The translations under genes were made by a program, and so were the position numbers. 64,000 nucleotides of DNA, from NCBI GenBank assembly GCA_951406725.2, contig OX597814.1, positions 131,502,001-131,566,000 of the forward strand, given 5' to 3'. The stretch comes from Octopus vulgaris. Taxonomy: Eukaryota. Shown piece by piece: positions 13,044 through 27,099 of the stretch; within the stretch, counting starts at the first letter, position 1, and each line of letters begins with the position of its first letter. The notes under the pieces were generated by a model. That model searched no databases. It saw nothing but the letters and a program-made list of their open reading frames with translations, and was not told the DNA's origin.

Positions 13044-14212
13044 GGACTGAAAAGGTCCCATTGTGATGAATAGGGGGGCTGCAAATTGGATTTAACTCAT
13101 TCCACTTATGACTGGTTATTGGTGTTTTGGAAAGCAGTGAATGCTGTAGTTATTATCTGTTATTCTTCCAACATCACATCCTTGGATAGGCAGAAACTTA
13201 TTAATCTTTTTGTTAGTTGTAAAGACAGTATGTATTGTTTTTCGGTGCTTGCGCTTCTTTATTGTAACTATTATTATTATTATTATTATTATTATTATGA
13301 TTATTATTATTATTACTACTATCACTAGCTGGCCCCATGCCATAAAAAATTATGGCTAATTGTAGTATTTTGGAGTTGAAACGCTGTCCTGATTTTTCTT
13401 TTTAGCATTGAATTTTTACCATCCCACTTTCATTGTGCGTGTGCGCATGTATACACACACACACACCTCCACACACACAAATATTCACATACCTCTGTTT
13501 TACATGCACACACATATGGTCACACCCCTTCCTTCCTTATTCATTTATCACCTGTTTCTCATTCATATATTGTGACAGAGAAAAACACAAGAGTATCATT
13601 ATAGTAGATTATTATTATTATTATTGGTATGGTGGCAAGCTGGCAGAATTGAGTGGCAACTTTGTCTATCTATACAGTCTTAATTCAAATTCTGCAGAGG
13701 TTCACTTTGCATTTCATCCTTTTGAGGAAGTTTTTTTAGTCTTGTGAGGAAGTTGCATAGCAACCTCATTAGTGTTGGTGCCACAAAAATGCACCCTGTA
13801 CACTGTATAAAATGGTTGGCATTAGAAAGGGTACCCAGCAATAGAAACTATGCTCAAGTAGCCATTGGAACTTGACACAGTCCTGTTGGTTCATTGGATC
13901 CTGTTGGATCATCCAACCCATGTCAGCATAGAAGATGGTCATTAAATGATAATGGTGGTGGTAGTGGCAGTGTTGTATTGAGTTCTGTGTCATCATCATC
14001 ATCATCATCGTTTAATGTCCATTTTCCATGCTAGCACAGGTTGAACAGTTCGACCGGGGTCTGGGAAGCCAGGAAGCTGCACCTGGCTCCAGTCTGATCT
14101 GGCAGTGTTTCTACAGCTGGATGCCCTTCCTAACGCCAACTGTGTCACTCAGTTGTAAAACCAAATTTGTGTACACTTATACAGATATGCAAATATTTCT
14201 TTTCTTTTTCAG

Positions 14213-14396
14213 ACATATCTCCGTTCGACGGTAAAGTTCATCAAAAAGTTGGATTACGTAGACATCAGTAAATATGGAAACTTTCCAACCCGCGCCAAGA
14301 AACTTCTGAAATGGGTTAGCAACAAATATCAGGTCATAACATCATACACTCGATTTCATTCCAAGAGTCGACATCTACGGCTGCAAGTCGGAATAA
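14213..14396 (+). CDS. TGFBR3: TGFBR3-like exon 3 (TYLRSTVKF...FPTRAKKLLKWVSNKYQVITSYTRF...LQVGI), phase 0-1
   Basis: ctttttcag / gtaagt; matches FP...LLNWARKEYGAVTSFT-type motif. Confidence 0.9.
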
Positions 14397-16194
14397 GTAA
14401 GTATACTTTCATTGCGCTTTGTAGATTTACCGTTTCACATTTACAATAAACGAAGGACATATGATTATATTGCTTATTATTTTTTTTATTTTCATTTTAT
14501 GCCATTCACGGTCAGTTGGTAGAGTGACAGCAGTATTTGACTAAATATATCTATAGTGCAGTTTACAGTTAAGACTTCTCTTCTCATCACAGAACTGAAT
14601 TTATTCCTCTGTTCTATCTCTGTTTCAGTATTTGCCAACACCCATCACTAGTTTCTTTGGATTCTGTTTTACTATGATTCTGTTTATACATACACATACA
14701 CACACATTCACATTTTCACACATACATAATACATACACATATGTACAATAGTATTCATATAAGCATGCTATCTTAAAAGTAGCATATTTGGCATTTCGAA
14801 TGAATTTTGTATATAGGGAATATTTATGCCTGTTCTGATTCATAAGTATATGAATAATCAGCATGAATGCATTACATTATGCCTCTCTTTGTATATGTCA
14901 GCGTTATCATCATCATTTTTCTAACATCCACTTTTCCATACCTGCATGGATCGGATGAAGTTCTGTCAAGGCAAATTTTCTCTGGCCACATGTTCACCAA
15001 CCCTCACCTGTTTTCAGGCAAGGTAATATTTCTCCATGGTCGGACATGTTCTTGCAGAAGATTTGACAAGGAGACACAAATGTACACACAACTCATTCAC
15101 ATATGTGTGATGGGGCTTCTTTCAGTTTCCATCTACCTAGACTTTGTTTTGCTTGAGGCTGCAGTAGAAGATATCTTGCCAAAGTGCCATGCAATGGGAC
15201 TAAAACAGAAACGTTGTGGTTGGGAAGCAAACTTATTAACCTCACAGCCATAACCATCTCCTATTAATATATCTGTCAAGTTCTCTGTTTCCCCCTTTAC
15301 ACTTTACATTGTGACATTTCTGTGATACATGATCCCTATTGATTGGTTTTTTTACTTTTTTTTTCTTTTTATGATCCCTTTTCATCGAAAACCTACCCCA
15401 CTTTTTTTTTCTCCCCAAAAAGAAAAGCTCCACTTTGTAATTTGTCCCATCTGTGTTCAGCCCTGTGTGGCTAATAAGGAAACTTATCTTACTGTATGGT
15501 ACCCTGGGTAGATATCTGTTGTTTTGGAGTTCATCAGTGTCTTGTGATTTGAGTTGATTGATAGAAACTATGAAAAACCTCACACACACGCACACACACA
15601 CTCGTCATTTATTGAAGCTGAATTCTTGTCTCTTGGAGCTCAACTTTCAATACTGCTTGTTTAGAGCACTCCACTCTTATTCGACGCAATTTGTTTATAT
15701 ACATCCATTCATTCATTCATACATACATACATTCATATGACTATAAATGTGTGTGTGTATGCATGCGCACACAGAAGGATATGACTACATATTTGTGTGT
15801 GCATGCGTATAATGCATTTTTAAAATATACTTTTTTCTTTTGTGGTTGTAAGAGAGAAACATGAAAACAGATACCAAAAACAGAAAAAAAAAAAACCGAG
15901 AGCAATTCTATTCCCTTTCATGCTTGTTTTCTATATGTATGCCACAAACATTCTTTAGTGAGAGATATAAACACATCTGTACCGTTTACTCTTGGTTTTC
16001 CCATCACCTAGATCATAACAAAATCTGCATTCAGCTATATCTATATAAAATATTTTTATAACATCTTTGTATATATTTGTCTGCTTAATCTTATATAAGT
16101 ATATCTGTGTGTGTATGTTTCTTTTTTTTTTGTGCATTTGTATGTATACGTGTGTACAAATATTTATATGTGCATGGATATATATATCAGTATT

Positions 16195-16700
16195 TATCTA
16201 TCTGTCTCTTTCTAGTTCTTTGTCTATCTATCTGTCCGTCTGTCTATATATCCATCTGTCAGTCTGTCTGTCTATATATCCCTGTATCTGTCTTTCAGTC
16301 TTTGTCTGTCTATCTATCTATCTGTCTGTCTTTCTAAATATCCATCTATCTGTCTGTCTGTCTATATATCCATCTATCTATCTGTCTGTCTATATATCCA
16401 CTTATCTCTCTGTCTGTCTATATATCCATCTATCTACCTGTCTGTCTATATATCCATCTATCTATTTGTCTGTCTATATATCCATCTATCTATCTGTCTG
16501 TCTATATATCCATCTATCTCTCTGTCTGTCTATATATCCATCTGTCTGTCTGTCTATATATCCATCTATCTATCTGTCTGTCTATATATCCAACTATCTA
16601 TCTGTCTGTCTATATATCCATCTATCTGTCTAACTATATATATATCCATCTGTCTATCTGTCTTTATAGCTATCTACCTATCTCGCTGTCTGTCAGTGTG
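16195..16700. repeat. Minisatellite, about 28-bp unit TCTGTCTGTCTATATATCCATCTATCTA
   Basis: Higher-order repeat built from TCTA/TCTG. Confidence 0.9.
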
Positions 16701-16761
16701 TGTGTGTGAATTTAAAGTATGTTAAACGAAATGCAAGAAAACTAGCTCTAACTATATACAT

Positions 16762-16801
<40 letters not shown>

Positions 16802-16851
16802 TGATGTTTATTATATGTTTATTATATGATCATTTTTATCTTTCTGTTTAG

Positions 16852-16978
16852 ATTCAAAAGCACCACCACAGTGCATTTTACGGAAGAATGCAGAAATGCC
16901 TTATGCGTCTACAATTTCCTATAATAGCATACCGTTTGGAGGCTGTGCAGTAACCACAAACCAACACTATTCTTTTAG
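16852..16978 (+). CDS. TGFBR3: TGFBR3-like exon 4 (NSKAPPQCILRK...FGGCAVTTNQHYSF), phase 1-2
   Basis: ctgtttag acceptor, AG|gtctga donor (weaker); PPxC and GC motifs; phase bridges exons 3 and 5. Confidence 0.82.
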
Positions 16979-17339
16979 GTCTGATCAACTATATTAACAT
17001 TTTACACTGCATCTTGTGCATGCTCTTGTATATGTATGCAATTGTGTGTGCATGCACAACTGAGACAGGGAGACAGTGACATATGTATGTCCTGGTTCCA
17101 CTGTCATTGGAAATCCACAGTTTTCATCTGTTCCTATATAATTCTTTAATTTTGATGTTATTTTGTTTTGTTTCTCTTAACATTATCATTGTCCTGGGGT
17201 TGATGTAATCGACTAGTCTCCTGTCCCCGAATTTCAGGCCGTGTGCCTTTAGTAGAGAGGATTATTGTTATTTTTATCATCGTGGAGGCGCAATGGTCCA
17301 GTGGCTTACAAAATGGGTAGTATAAACCCGTACACAATC

Positions 17340-17870
17340 ACAATGTAAAACGTCCAGGAAATTCTGGAGTTAACATCACAGATGATGTTAAGATTAAAGA
17401 AATCCTTTAAGAAACCTCTCAGGGATTTCCTCAGTCTATTCAATGCAGCTTTAGACTGGCTATGTACAGCTAGAAGTGCATCATCCCTATACAGTCCCCC
17501 GGTGAGGAGAGGAAAACTATCCTTAATCTGCGAAAGGAGGTATAGGCCCACTAAGTCAGTCACCTGTGCAGAATCAGATGGCCCCATGGTTATATCGAAG
17601 AAATTGGTGAAATCAACTCTCTGTCAATCACATTCGTTGCAGGATATGAGGGTCTCCTTTGCCGCTAATGTTACATCAATATCTAAACTAGGTATATCCG
17701 AAAATTTTCGGGTAAGAATCAAGGCTTTATTCAGATATAGAATTATAATAGTTTGAGATATCAAATGTATAAAATCTAAATTAGGTTTATCCTTAAGGGA
17801 ATCACACCATAGGATAACATCCCCAGTAAATTTCCATAAAGGAAGTTGAACCTTATCCCTCATTTTTATA
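17340..17870 (-). pseudogene. Penelope-like element reverse transcriptase relic (frameshifted)
   Basis: FDITMGPSDSAQVTDLVGLYLL...GGLYRDDAL matches the PLE-type TMGS.DGAE.C.LVGLY / GLYRDDGL motifs; upstream W..T..VI.W segment. Confidence 0.8.
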
Positions 17871-18862
17871 TTTGTCTATTAGGTTTTTTGATAGTTTATG
17901 AATTTTTAGTCGTGTATATTTAAATTTCTTGACAGGCTGTTGTATTTGTATTTTATTCGATTATATATTTTTACCTGCTGTATGTGTATTATTTTTTATG
18001 TGTATGTTTGTGTGTCTGTGTTTATCCCCCTAGCATTGCTTGACAACCGATGCTGGTGTGTTTATGTCCCCGTAACTTAGCGGTTTGGCAAAACAGACTG
18101 ATAGAATAAGTACTAGGCTTACAAAGAATAAGACCCAGGGTCTATTTGCTCTACTAAAAGCGGTGCTCCAGCATGGTTACAGTCAAATGACTGAAACAAG
18201 TAAAAGAGTAAGTGTGGGATTGAATCCAGAACCATGTGGTTGGGAAGCAAGCTTCTTACCACACAGGTATGCCTGACCCACTTTGCGAGACTCTAGGTTT
18301 ATGAGTTTTATCTTTCAGCTCACTTTTGTATAGTGAGCTGAAATTTTTCAAGCACAAGATCCCAATTTTGAACGAAGTGTATAAGTTTCTACTATCATAA
18401 CAAAAGCTTTTGCATGCTACCAAGAAATTTATCAAGAGTGAGAAAAAGCTTCTTCTAATCAAACAACTCTAGACTTGTCTTTTTTAAAGAGAAATCTAAC
18501 AGTTCATCTACGAGTGCTTGTGAATTGGTGATCACAAGTACAAGTGATGGTGTGCATGAGTCTGATGCAAGTGAAAGCAATTCAGAAAATGATTATAATA
18601 ATAATATTTTTATTATAAATGATCTTTACTTTCTTATTACTTTACATAAAATATTCTTTATATTTTACTGTTGTTTTATTGCCATTTATTTACGAGTATT
18701 ATAAATATTATAGGTGAAATAGTTTTCTGGGAATGGATTAAGATTTATAACATTGCTACTATGGGAAATTATTGCTCTGCTTTATGAGTTTTCACTTTAT
18801 GAGCAATCTCCTGGAACAAATTAACTCGTATGTCAAGGCATTACTGTATTTAATAAGTTTAA

Positions 18863-19776
18863 CCCTTTAGTATTCAGATTAATCTGTCAGATGTAATTAA
18901 ATCATCATTGTTGTTGTCGTCGTTTAACGTCCGCTTTCCATGCTGGCGTGGGTTGGATGGTTTCACTGAGGACTGGTGAGCCAGAGGCTGCATCAGGCTC
19001 AATCTGATCTGGCAAAGTTTCTACAGCTGGATGCCCTTCCTAACACCAACCACTCCGCGATGTAGAGGGTGCTTTTATATGCCACCGGCACAAGGGCCAG
19101 TCAGGTGGTTTGGCAACGATCACACTCAAAAGTTGTTTTTTATGTACTACCTGCACGTGTGCCAGTAAGGTGATGATGGCAGTGATCACGTGCAAACAGT
19201 GGTTTTTACATGTCATTGGCACAGGTGCCAATCCATGGCCCTGGCAACGATCATGCTCGGATGTGCTTTTAATATTCCACTGGCACAAGTGCCAATCGGG
19301 TGGTACTGTCATCGGCCATGTCAGTGATTTTGATTTTGATATTACTTGCCTCAATAGGTCTTTGCAAGCAAAGTTTATTGTCCAACGAATTAGGGGTATT
19401 CATAAGTGGGCTGGTCACACCTACTGGCATAGGCTATGGTCTCACTTGGCATGCTGGGTCTTCTCAAGCACAGCATGTCTCCAAAGGTCTTGGTCACTAG
19501 TCATTGCCTCGGTAAGGCCCAATGTTTGAAGGTCTTGCTTCACCACTTCATCCCAGGTTTTCCTGGGTCTACCTCTTTCACAAGTTCCCTCAACTGCTAA
19601 TTGAATCCCTTTGTTTTAAATTTATTTTGCATTATCTCATAGCTTTGAAATTTTGATGATGTGATTGTTTATATTCTAAATGACATTGCAAGATAGGTGT
19701 GAAAGGCTAGATCTGGTAGGTTTCAATATTAAACAGAATATTTGGCCAATTGTTGCCTATTTAAAAGTTTAAAGGG
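18863..19776. mobile_element. piggyBac-like MITE (TTAA-CCCTTT...AAAGGG-TTAA) interrupted by an RTE insertion
   Basis: ttaaccctttag at 18859 and taaagggttaa ending at 19780. Confidence 0.55.
18905..19600 (-). mobile_element. 5'-truncated RTE-clade LINE: ORF2 C-terminus plus 3'UTR with ~60-bp tandem units and trinucleotide tail
   Basis: 19600-19442 translates LAVEGTCERGRPRKTWDEVVKQDLQTLGLTEAMTSDQDLWRHAV; the downstream UTR equals the abundant 'family C' repeat. Confidence 0.85.
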
Positions 19777-19895
19777 TTAAAAACAAATTCTCTTTATTTC
19801 ATTTGTATTACTTACTATTTTTTTTATCTCAGTGTACTTCCTCTATTTGCTTAAATTATATCTCTTCTTTTGGTTTTTATGTTTCTGTTTAACAG

Positions 19896-20079
19896 CCCAA
19901 AACATATAATTGAGGTTAGTGGAGCCAGGAAATCACCCTTAAATGAAATCATTATTGAACTTCGGCCTTACAATGTTAAAAACCCAAATGTTAGAATAAC
20001 ACTTGTATTGAAAGCATCGGATGATAACGTTGTTTGGGTTATTCGTTCACGCAAAATTATGGGTTCCTTGGATATTTAT
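19896..20079 (+). CDS. TGFBR3: TGFBR3-like exon 5 (SPKHIIEVSG...ITLVLKASDDNVVWVIRSRKIMGSLDIY), phase 2-0
   Basis: tttaacag / gtaagt; HIIE, LVLK, WVIRS..GSL motifs of the second orphan repeat. Confidence 0.9.
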
Positions 20080-20576
20080 GTAAGTAAATATTTCTTCAAA
20101 TTTTTATTTTTTCTAATGTTTTTTTTTAAAGTAAAGTACTCCTTCCTTCTGTGTCTAAGATGATGTTAGCATCTTCATTCATAATGTTCTAATTGTGTGT
20201 TTTTGTTACACTTTTAGTCTTTCCTTTTCCTGAGTTTTATATCTTGTTTACATGGTTTCGTGTATGTTTCTTACAAAATTGAGGAAGGAAAGAATAAAAG
20301 AAAGGAAGAAGAAAACAATAACTTGTGTCAGTTGTTTTGTTTGAAAACGGGTTCAAGGTGTAGGAAATATGAACAAAACTAAAACAATGTATTTAGTTAC
20401 ATTCTGTTAGAAAAAAATATTTCCTTGAAGAGAAAAAAATAATTACAAATTGATCTCCTTTTTCACCGCACAGGATGTCACATTCTACTTAGCAAATATG
20501 GTGATTCTATGGCATGAACCGAGAGTGTTGTACTCAGACATTGAAGAATACAAATTTGGCCTTTATGTGTATCTAC

Positions 20577-20609
<33 letters not shown>

Positions 20610-20613
20610 TACT

Positions 20614-20660
<47 letters not shown>

Positions 20661-23600
20661 AAGAAAATGGAGGGAATCAATAGATATATATGTATGTATA
20701 GAGTGTTATGTGTGTTGTACAGATATTGAATATTGAAAAAAAGGTCGCCAGAATTTTAGGGGAAAAATCTTTTTATTTAGTCATTATTATTAGCGCTTTC
20801 GTTCATTTCTCGAAAAAACAAAAACACACACACACACACACACTGACAGACAGAGAGCCAGACAGACATCATCATCATCATTTATTGTCTGTTTTCCATG
20901 CTTGTATGGGTTGGACGGTTTGACTGGGGACTGGCAAGCCAGGAGGCTGCATGAAGCTCTAATCTGATCTGGCAAGGTTTCTACAGCTTGATACCCTTCC
21001 TAACACCAAACACTCCGAGAGTGTAGTGGGTGCTTTTTGACAGAGATATATGTATACATACATATATTTTACTTACTTCAGTCATTTGACTGCAGACATG
21101 TTGAGGAATCTGCTTGAAGAGTTTTAGTCAGAGAAATTGACTCCTGAAGTTATTTTAATTTTTTTATGTCTTGTACTTATTCTGTTGGTGTCTGTTGCTG
21201 AACCTCTAAGTTACAGGGACAAGAACATGCCAAAACCAGTTGTGAAACAGTGGTGGGGGACAAACACAGACACGAAGACACACATGTGTCTTTGTGTTGG
21301 CTTGCCACAACAATGGGTAACAATGCAAGCTGAAGGAAAATTAATAGCATCATTTTCAATAATCTTAGCAGTAAGTGCTTTTGTTTCTTCCATACCCGGC
21401 AAATGAAGGAAGAGAGAGAGAGAGATGTGGGGAGGACTGTTTTGGTGGCAACAAGGTACTGCACAGTGAGTTTGAACCTGAATTACAGAGTTTGGAAGCA
21501 AGCTTCTTAAACATGCAAATAGATATTTGTGTCTACAAGGAAAATGTTGGCAATAACTTCGGTGTCAGTTTGAAGCTTTCAATTGTCAAAGCTAATTTGG
21601 TACACTTGAATGATTCTTCAATTAATATTTGTCTCTTTTTAGACAAAAACAAACCCATAAATTTAAATCAGATTGATACTCAAAAAAATGAATTTAAGAA
21701 TAACAACAGAGCATTTACTGATTGGATACTACATCGGCACCAAAATTAGAATTAAATTTATTGTGTTTGGCATGTAAAAAAGCACCTACCAGCTGTAGAA
21801 ACCATGTCAAATCAGACTGGAACCTGGTGCAGCTCCCCAGCTTACCAATTTTCATGAAACCGTCCAACCCATGCCAGCATGGAAAACAGACATTAAGTGG
21901 TGGTGGTGGTGGTGGTGGCGGTGGCAGCGAAGATGATCTGATTGATTGGGATTGCTTCCTATGTAGTTTCAGATTCAATCCCGTTGCATGGCACCTTGAG
22001 CAAGTGTCTTCTACTACAGCCCCATATGTCCAAAGCCATGCAAGTGAATTTGATCAATGGAAACTGAAAGAAGCCTGTGGTGTGTGTGTGTGTGTGTGTG
22101 TGAGTGATTTAGTATTTCCTTCTTGTCTATCAATAGTTGTAAACAACATCTGCACAGTGTTGCTTGTTTGCTGTTCATCATGAAAGCTTGTCCAGGCTGT
22201 TGATTACTCAATAAGTTGGGAAATTGTGAACTGATTTGGGAACAGGTGGAAGTTGGTGATGGAAATAGCATCCGGCTGTAGAAAACTGCCCTGACACACT
22301 CTAATCTGATCAATGCAAGCACAGAAAAGTAGACGTTAATTACACACGTACACACACATATACATGAGGCAAACATATTCCATTGGACATGTAATGTTGA
22401 TGTGCATGAACAATAGGGCACAAATAAGTTGAATGGAAAACTGAGTATAAAAGGAGTCAGATATGGTATGAGAGAGAGAGAGAGAGAGAAGATCTTGGCT
22501 GATATAGGCTTGAGGCATGGATGAAGGATAACAGTTGGATCAATAAATGCCAAGTAATCCAAGAAAAAAAAAAGCAGGAAGACATGAGAAGAATGTGGTG
22601 AAAGGATATGACAAAGGAAAAAGATGGCCATAAGTGGTGTGGTGAGACCCTGTACTGGAGAAGGCCTAGCAAATTCCTATAAACATAGAAAGACAGCTGT
22701 AAAATGCTGATGATGATAATGGTGGTGATGATGATGGTTGAGAGAATGATGATGTCGCCGGCAGTGGCAGTAGTGGTGAAGATGATGATGATGATGATGA
22801 TAATGTATGAGCTGGTTACACACATACGTACACACGCACATACACTTACACATGTCCACATTACTCTGACAATACAATCAATATTTCACTTGTTAGCTTT
22901 ATTAAAGAGCGAAATGGTGGTACCATTGTCGGTATAAAATAAATTTATTACACTCAACGAAATTAGTATTGATTTCTTTGTTATAGTTTATGGTGCCACA
23001 TTTTAATGAACAAGTACATTTATATATGTGTGTGTGTGTGAGCGTTTGTATATGTATCTTACATAAGTGTTTGTATGTATGTATGTATCTCTCTCTCTAT
23101 GTATATGTATATATGTGTGTGTGTGTGTGTACTCAGATGCAGGCATGGCTGTGTGGTAAGAAGCTTGCTTCCCAACCACTTGGTTCCAGGTTCAGTCCCA
23201 CCGTGTGGCACTTTTGGCAAGTGTCTTCTACTATAGCCTTGGACCAACCAAAGCTTTGTGAATAGATTTGGTACATGGAAACTGAAAGAAGCCTGTCTGT
23301 GTCTATTGTTTCTCCATCATCGCTTGACAACCAGTGTTAGTGTGTGTATGTCCCTTTAACATAACAATTTTGGCAAAAGACACTGATAGTATAAATACTA
23401 GGCTTTAAAAAAAAGTTCTTGTGTTGATTTGTTCAACTAAAATCCTTCAAAGCAGTGCTCCAGCATGGCTGCAGTCAAATGACTGAAGGAAAAATAAGAA
23501 ATAAAATAGCATATATATAGTTGAAATTTACAGAAAAACAAAAGGCGAAAAAAGGTCTATGAACAACAAGCAGGTGTATTAGTTTGATGCTCTTTATTTG

Positions 23601-23774
23601 TGAATTAAGGCTACCATTGGTTTCATGTTAAGAAGAGTAGGAAAATATCCTAGTATCTTAACAATTTTTCAAGCCAATCACATGGAGAAAGGTGTTCGCC
23701 TCCCATTTTGGAAAAGACTCTTATTATCCACCAATGTGGTGTTGAGCACTCATTTCATCATTCTATATTTACAT

Positions 23775-24275
23775 ATCATCATCATCATCATCATCATTTA
23801 GCGTCCGTTTTCCATGCTAGCATGGGTTGGACGGTTCAACTGGGGTCTGGGGAGCCCGAAGGCTGCACCAGGCCAGTCAGATCTGGCAGTGTTTCTACAG
23901 CTGGATGCCCTTCCTAACGCCAACCACTCCGAGAGTGTAGTGGGTGATTTTATGTGCCACCGACACAGGTGCCAGACGAGGCTGGCGAACGGCCACGCTC
24001 GGATGGTGTTTTTATGTGCCACCGACACAGGTGCCAGACGAGGCTTCAGACGGCCACGCTCGGAGGTGTTTTTATGTGCCACCGACACAGGTGCCAGACG
24101 AGGCTGGCAGACGGCCACGCTCGGATGGTGTTTTTATGTGCCACCGACACAGGTGCCAGATGAGGCTGGCGGACGGCCCGATCGGATGGTGTTTGTTACG
24201 TCCCCAAAGCACGGAGGCCAGTCTATGCAGGTACTGGCTACGGCCACGTTCGGATGATTTTCTTGTGTGCCACAT
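23775..24275 (-). mobile_element. RTE 3' end (family C) with about 5 tandem 60-62-bp units
   Basis: (CAT)n tail, ggatgcccttcctaacgccaacc core, unit tttatgtgccaccgacacaggtgccagacgaggct...cggatggtg. Confidence 0.8.
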
Positions 24276-24520
24276 ATATATAATAATATGATATATGTAT
24301 GTATGTATGTATATATGTAAAACCATAACTATTTCGTTCTACTTTCCATGCTGGCATGGGTTGGATGAATTATCACAGTTTAAGCCATGTCTCCTAGATT
24401 AGACTGTTGGAAAAGAAACATTCCTAACGTCTGGCTACGATAAGTAACCTGAGATGCTAAGAACTCTCCTGGGGATCCCTAATAACACTGTTTTCTGGAA
24501 CAACAATAACAACAACAACA

Positions 24521-24551
<31 letters not shown>

Positions 24552-24589
24552 TAATTATTATTTCTTTCTTTCTCTTTACCATTATAAAG

Positions 24590-24764
24590 TCTAATAATGG
24601 AGTGAAAACTGAACACGTGATGATGCAACGAGTTGCACAGAACAGGGAAAAGCTGTATGAAAGTGGACACAAATTAGTGAATTGGGTAGGAGAACACACC
24701 TATGGCTATATATCATCCTATACCAATGTCTCTCGTGTGGACAAGATCACACTTTCTGTTGAAG
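24590..24764 (+). CDS. TGFBR3: TGFBR3-like exon 6 (SNNGVKTEH...KLVNWVGEHTYGYISSYTNV...LSVE), phase 0-1
   Basis: AAG acceptor after a pyrimidine tract, G|gtacgt donor; LVxW...Y..ISSYT motif. Confidence 0.85.
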
Positions 24765-24889
24765 GTACGTATATTTATTTCATAACTTGCTTCCTTTGTG
24801 TATTTCCTTTGTATTGTACTTTAAACTCATGCGTATTATACAGACACACATAATGCAAAAATATACTTAAAATATGTTATATATGTGTG

Positions 24890-25350
<461 letters not shown>

Positions 25351-25800
25351 ATAATTGTTCTGAGAAAAAAATATGAGTAATCAGAAATTCTCTCACAAAG
25401 TTAAGGTTTGCACTTAGAAGTGCTCAGGTGGAACTTCAGACAAAAGATGAAAATATATAATATGAAGAAACGTAAGACCAGGTAATTCAATCCACAAACA
25501 TGACTCTGATTTCAAGATGAATTCAATGCACAAGTACATACATCATACATTAAAAATGTATAAGTACAGACATTTTCTAAAATCTATAAATGAGTAAATA
25601 TATTAAAAATATAAGATGTGAGATATAGATTTTAAAAGAATGTTTAGATGTAGATGTAAATATACTAAAACATACATGTGTATTAAATATATTGAAGAAG
25701 GTCTAAAGTAGTGATGAAAGCCAAATAAAAGATACAAGGAGGATAGAAATTAAAGGACAACATAGTTAAAAATTGTTAAAAACTGTTAAAATGTATGTAC

Positions 25801-25975
25801 GGTATTCTATATACGCTTAAAGCTTATGGCAATCACCTTGCAATGACTAAGGAAAATAGTATAATAAAGGGGCATATAAACCTTCTCGAGAGGGCTTATA
25901 TATCCCTTTATTGGACTATTTTCCTTAGTCATTGCACGGTGATTGCCATAAGCTTTAAGCTTATATAAAAATACC
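25801..25975. repeat. About 175-bp spacerless imperfect palindrome centred on CTC|GAG (25887/25888)
   Basis: Arms ggtatt...gcaatgactaaggaaaatagt / actattttccttagtcattgc...aatacc. Confidence 0.9.
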
Positions 25976-26042
25976 ATTATTATTATTTATAGGATTGTAT
26001 AACAAAAGCCTTTTGCATCGAAAGCATGTATATATATATAGT

Positions 26043-26438
26043 AGGCGTCGGAGTGGCTGTGTATAAGTAGCTTGGTTACGAACCACATGGTTCCGGGTTC
26101 AGTTCCACTGCGTGGCACCTTGGGCAAGTGTCTTCTACTATAGCCTCGGGCCGGCCAAAGCCTTGTGAGTGGATTTGGTAGACGGAAACTGAAAGAATCC
26201 CATCGTATATATATATATGTATGTGTGTGTGTGTGTTTGTTCCCCCCCCCAAACATCGCTTGACAACCAATGCTGGCGTGTTTACGTCCCTGTAACTTAG
26301 CGGTTCGACAAAAGAGACCGATAGAATAAGCACTAGGCTTACAAAGAATAAGTCCTGGGGGCGATTTGCTTGACTAAAGGCGGTGCTCCAGCTTGGCCAC
26401 AGTCACATGACTGAAACAAGTAAAAGAGTAAAAGAGTC
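26043..26438 (+). mobile_element. SINE family A, full length
   Basis: A box gtggctgtgt..., B box ggttcagttcc, tail gtaaaagagtaaaagagt. Confidence 0.88.
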
Positions 26439-27099
26439 TTTCTCGAAAACATGTCAGGTCACAAATAAATATTACCTTGGTTGGAAATAGGGTTGGCAAC
26501 AGGAAGACCATCCATCCACTTGTTAAAAAAAAAATAAATCTACCTCAACAAATTCCCTCTGATCCAAGCATGGAAAAAAAATGAACATTGAAACAAGGAT
26601 GAGGAAGAGAATGATGGTTGTGACGGTGATTGTTTGTATGCGAATACTTATCGCTGCACATGGGTGTTAATTGCATGTATATACACCATTGTCGTTGTCC
26701 AGAGAAATTACTGCTCCTCTAAACTGTTACTGACCCTATTTTACAAGATGCTTTTGTAACCAAAAGTGGAGTGCTGTTTGCACAATTGGGGTTAGTAGCA
26801 GATACACAGCAACCATTCCGATTGTAAAACCCTCCCATCCCACCCCTAATGTTCATTTGACTGGTTAGTATCATTTCATTCAGGGGACACTCTACAACCA
26901 TAGGCACACTAATATACCTACGTGTCCACTTTCTCACTTCTTTGTCATTTCTATAATGATTCCTAAACACCTGAAGTAATTAGTATATACTCCTCTTACT
27001 CAAGCTCACTGAGTTACTTTATCTCAATACACATACACACCCTAATTAGGTCCTTTGCTCAATTTGTTCACGAACTGTAACTATCTCCTTTTCTGATGC

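Noticed and set aside
16067-16633. 188-aa repetitive ORF
   Set aside because: Translation of the 28-bp minisatellite
23940-24275. CRISPR-like regularly spaced repeats with a small hairpin
   Set aside because: The intervening parts are repeated too (no unique spacers), the context is eukaryotic, there are no cas genes, and the array is part of a LINE 3'UTR
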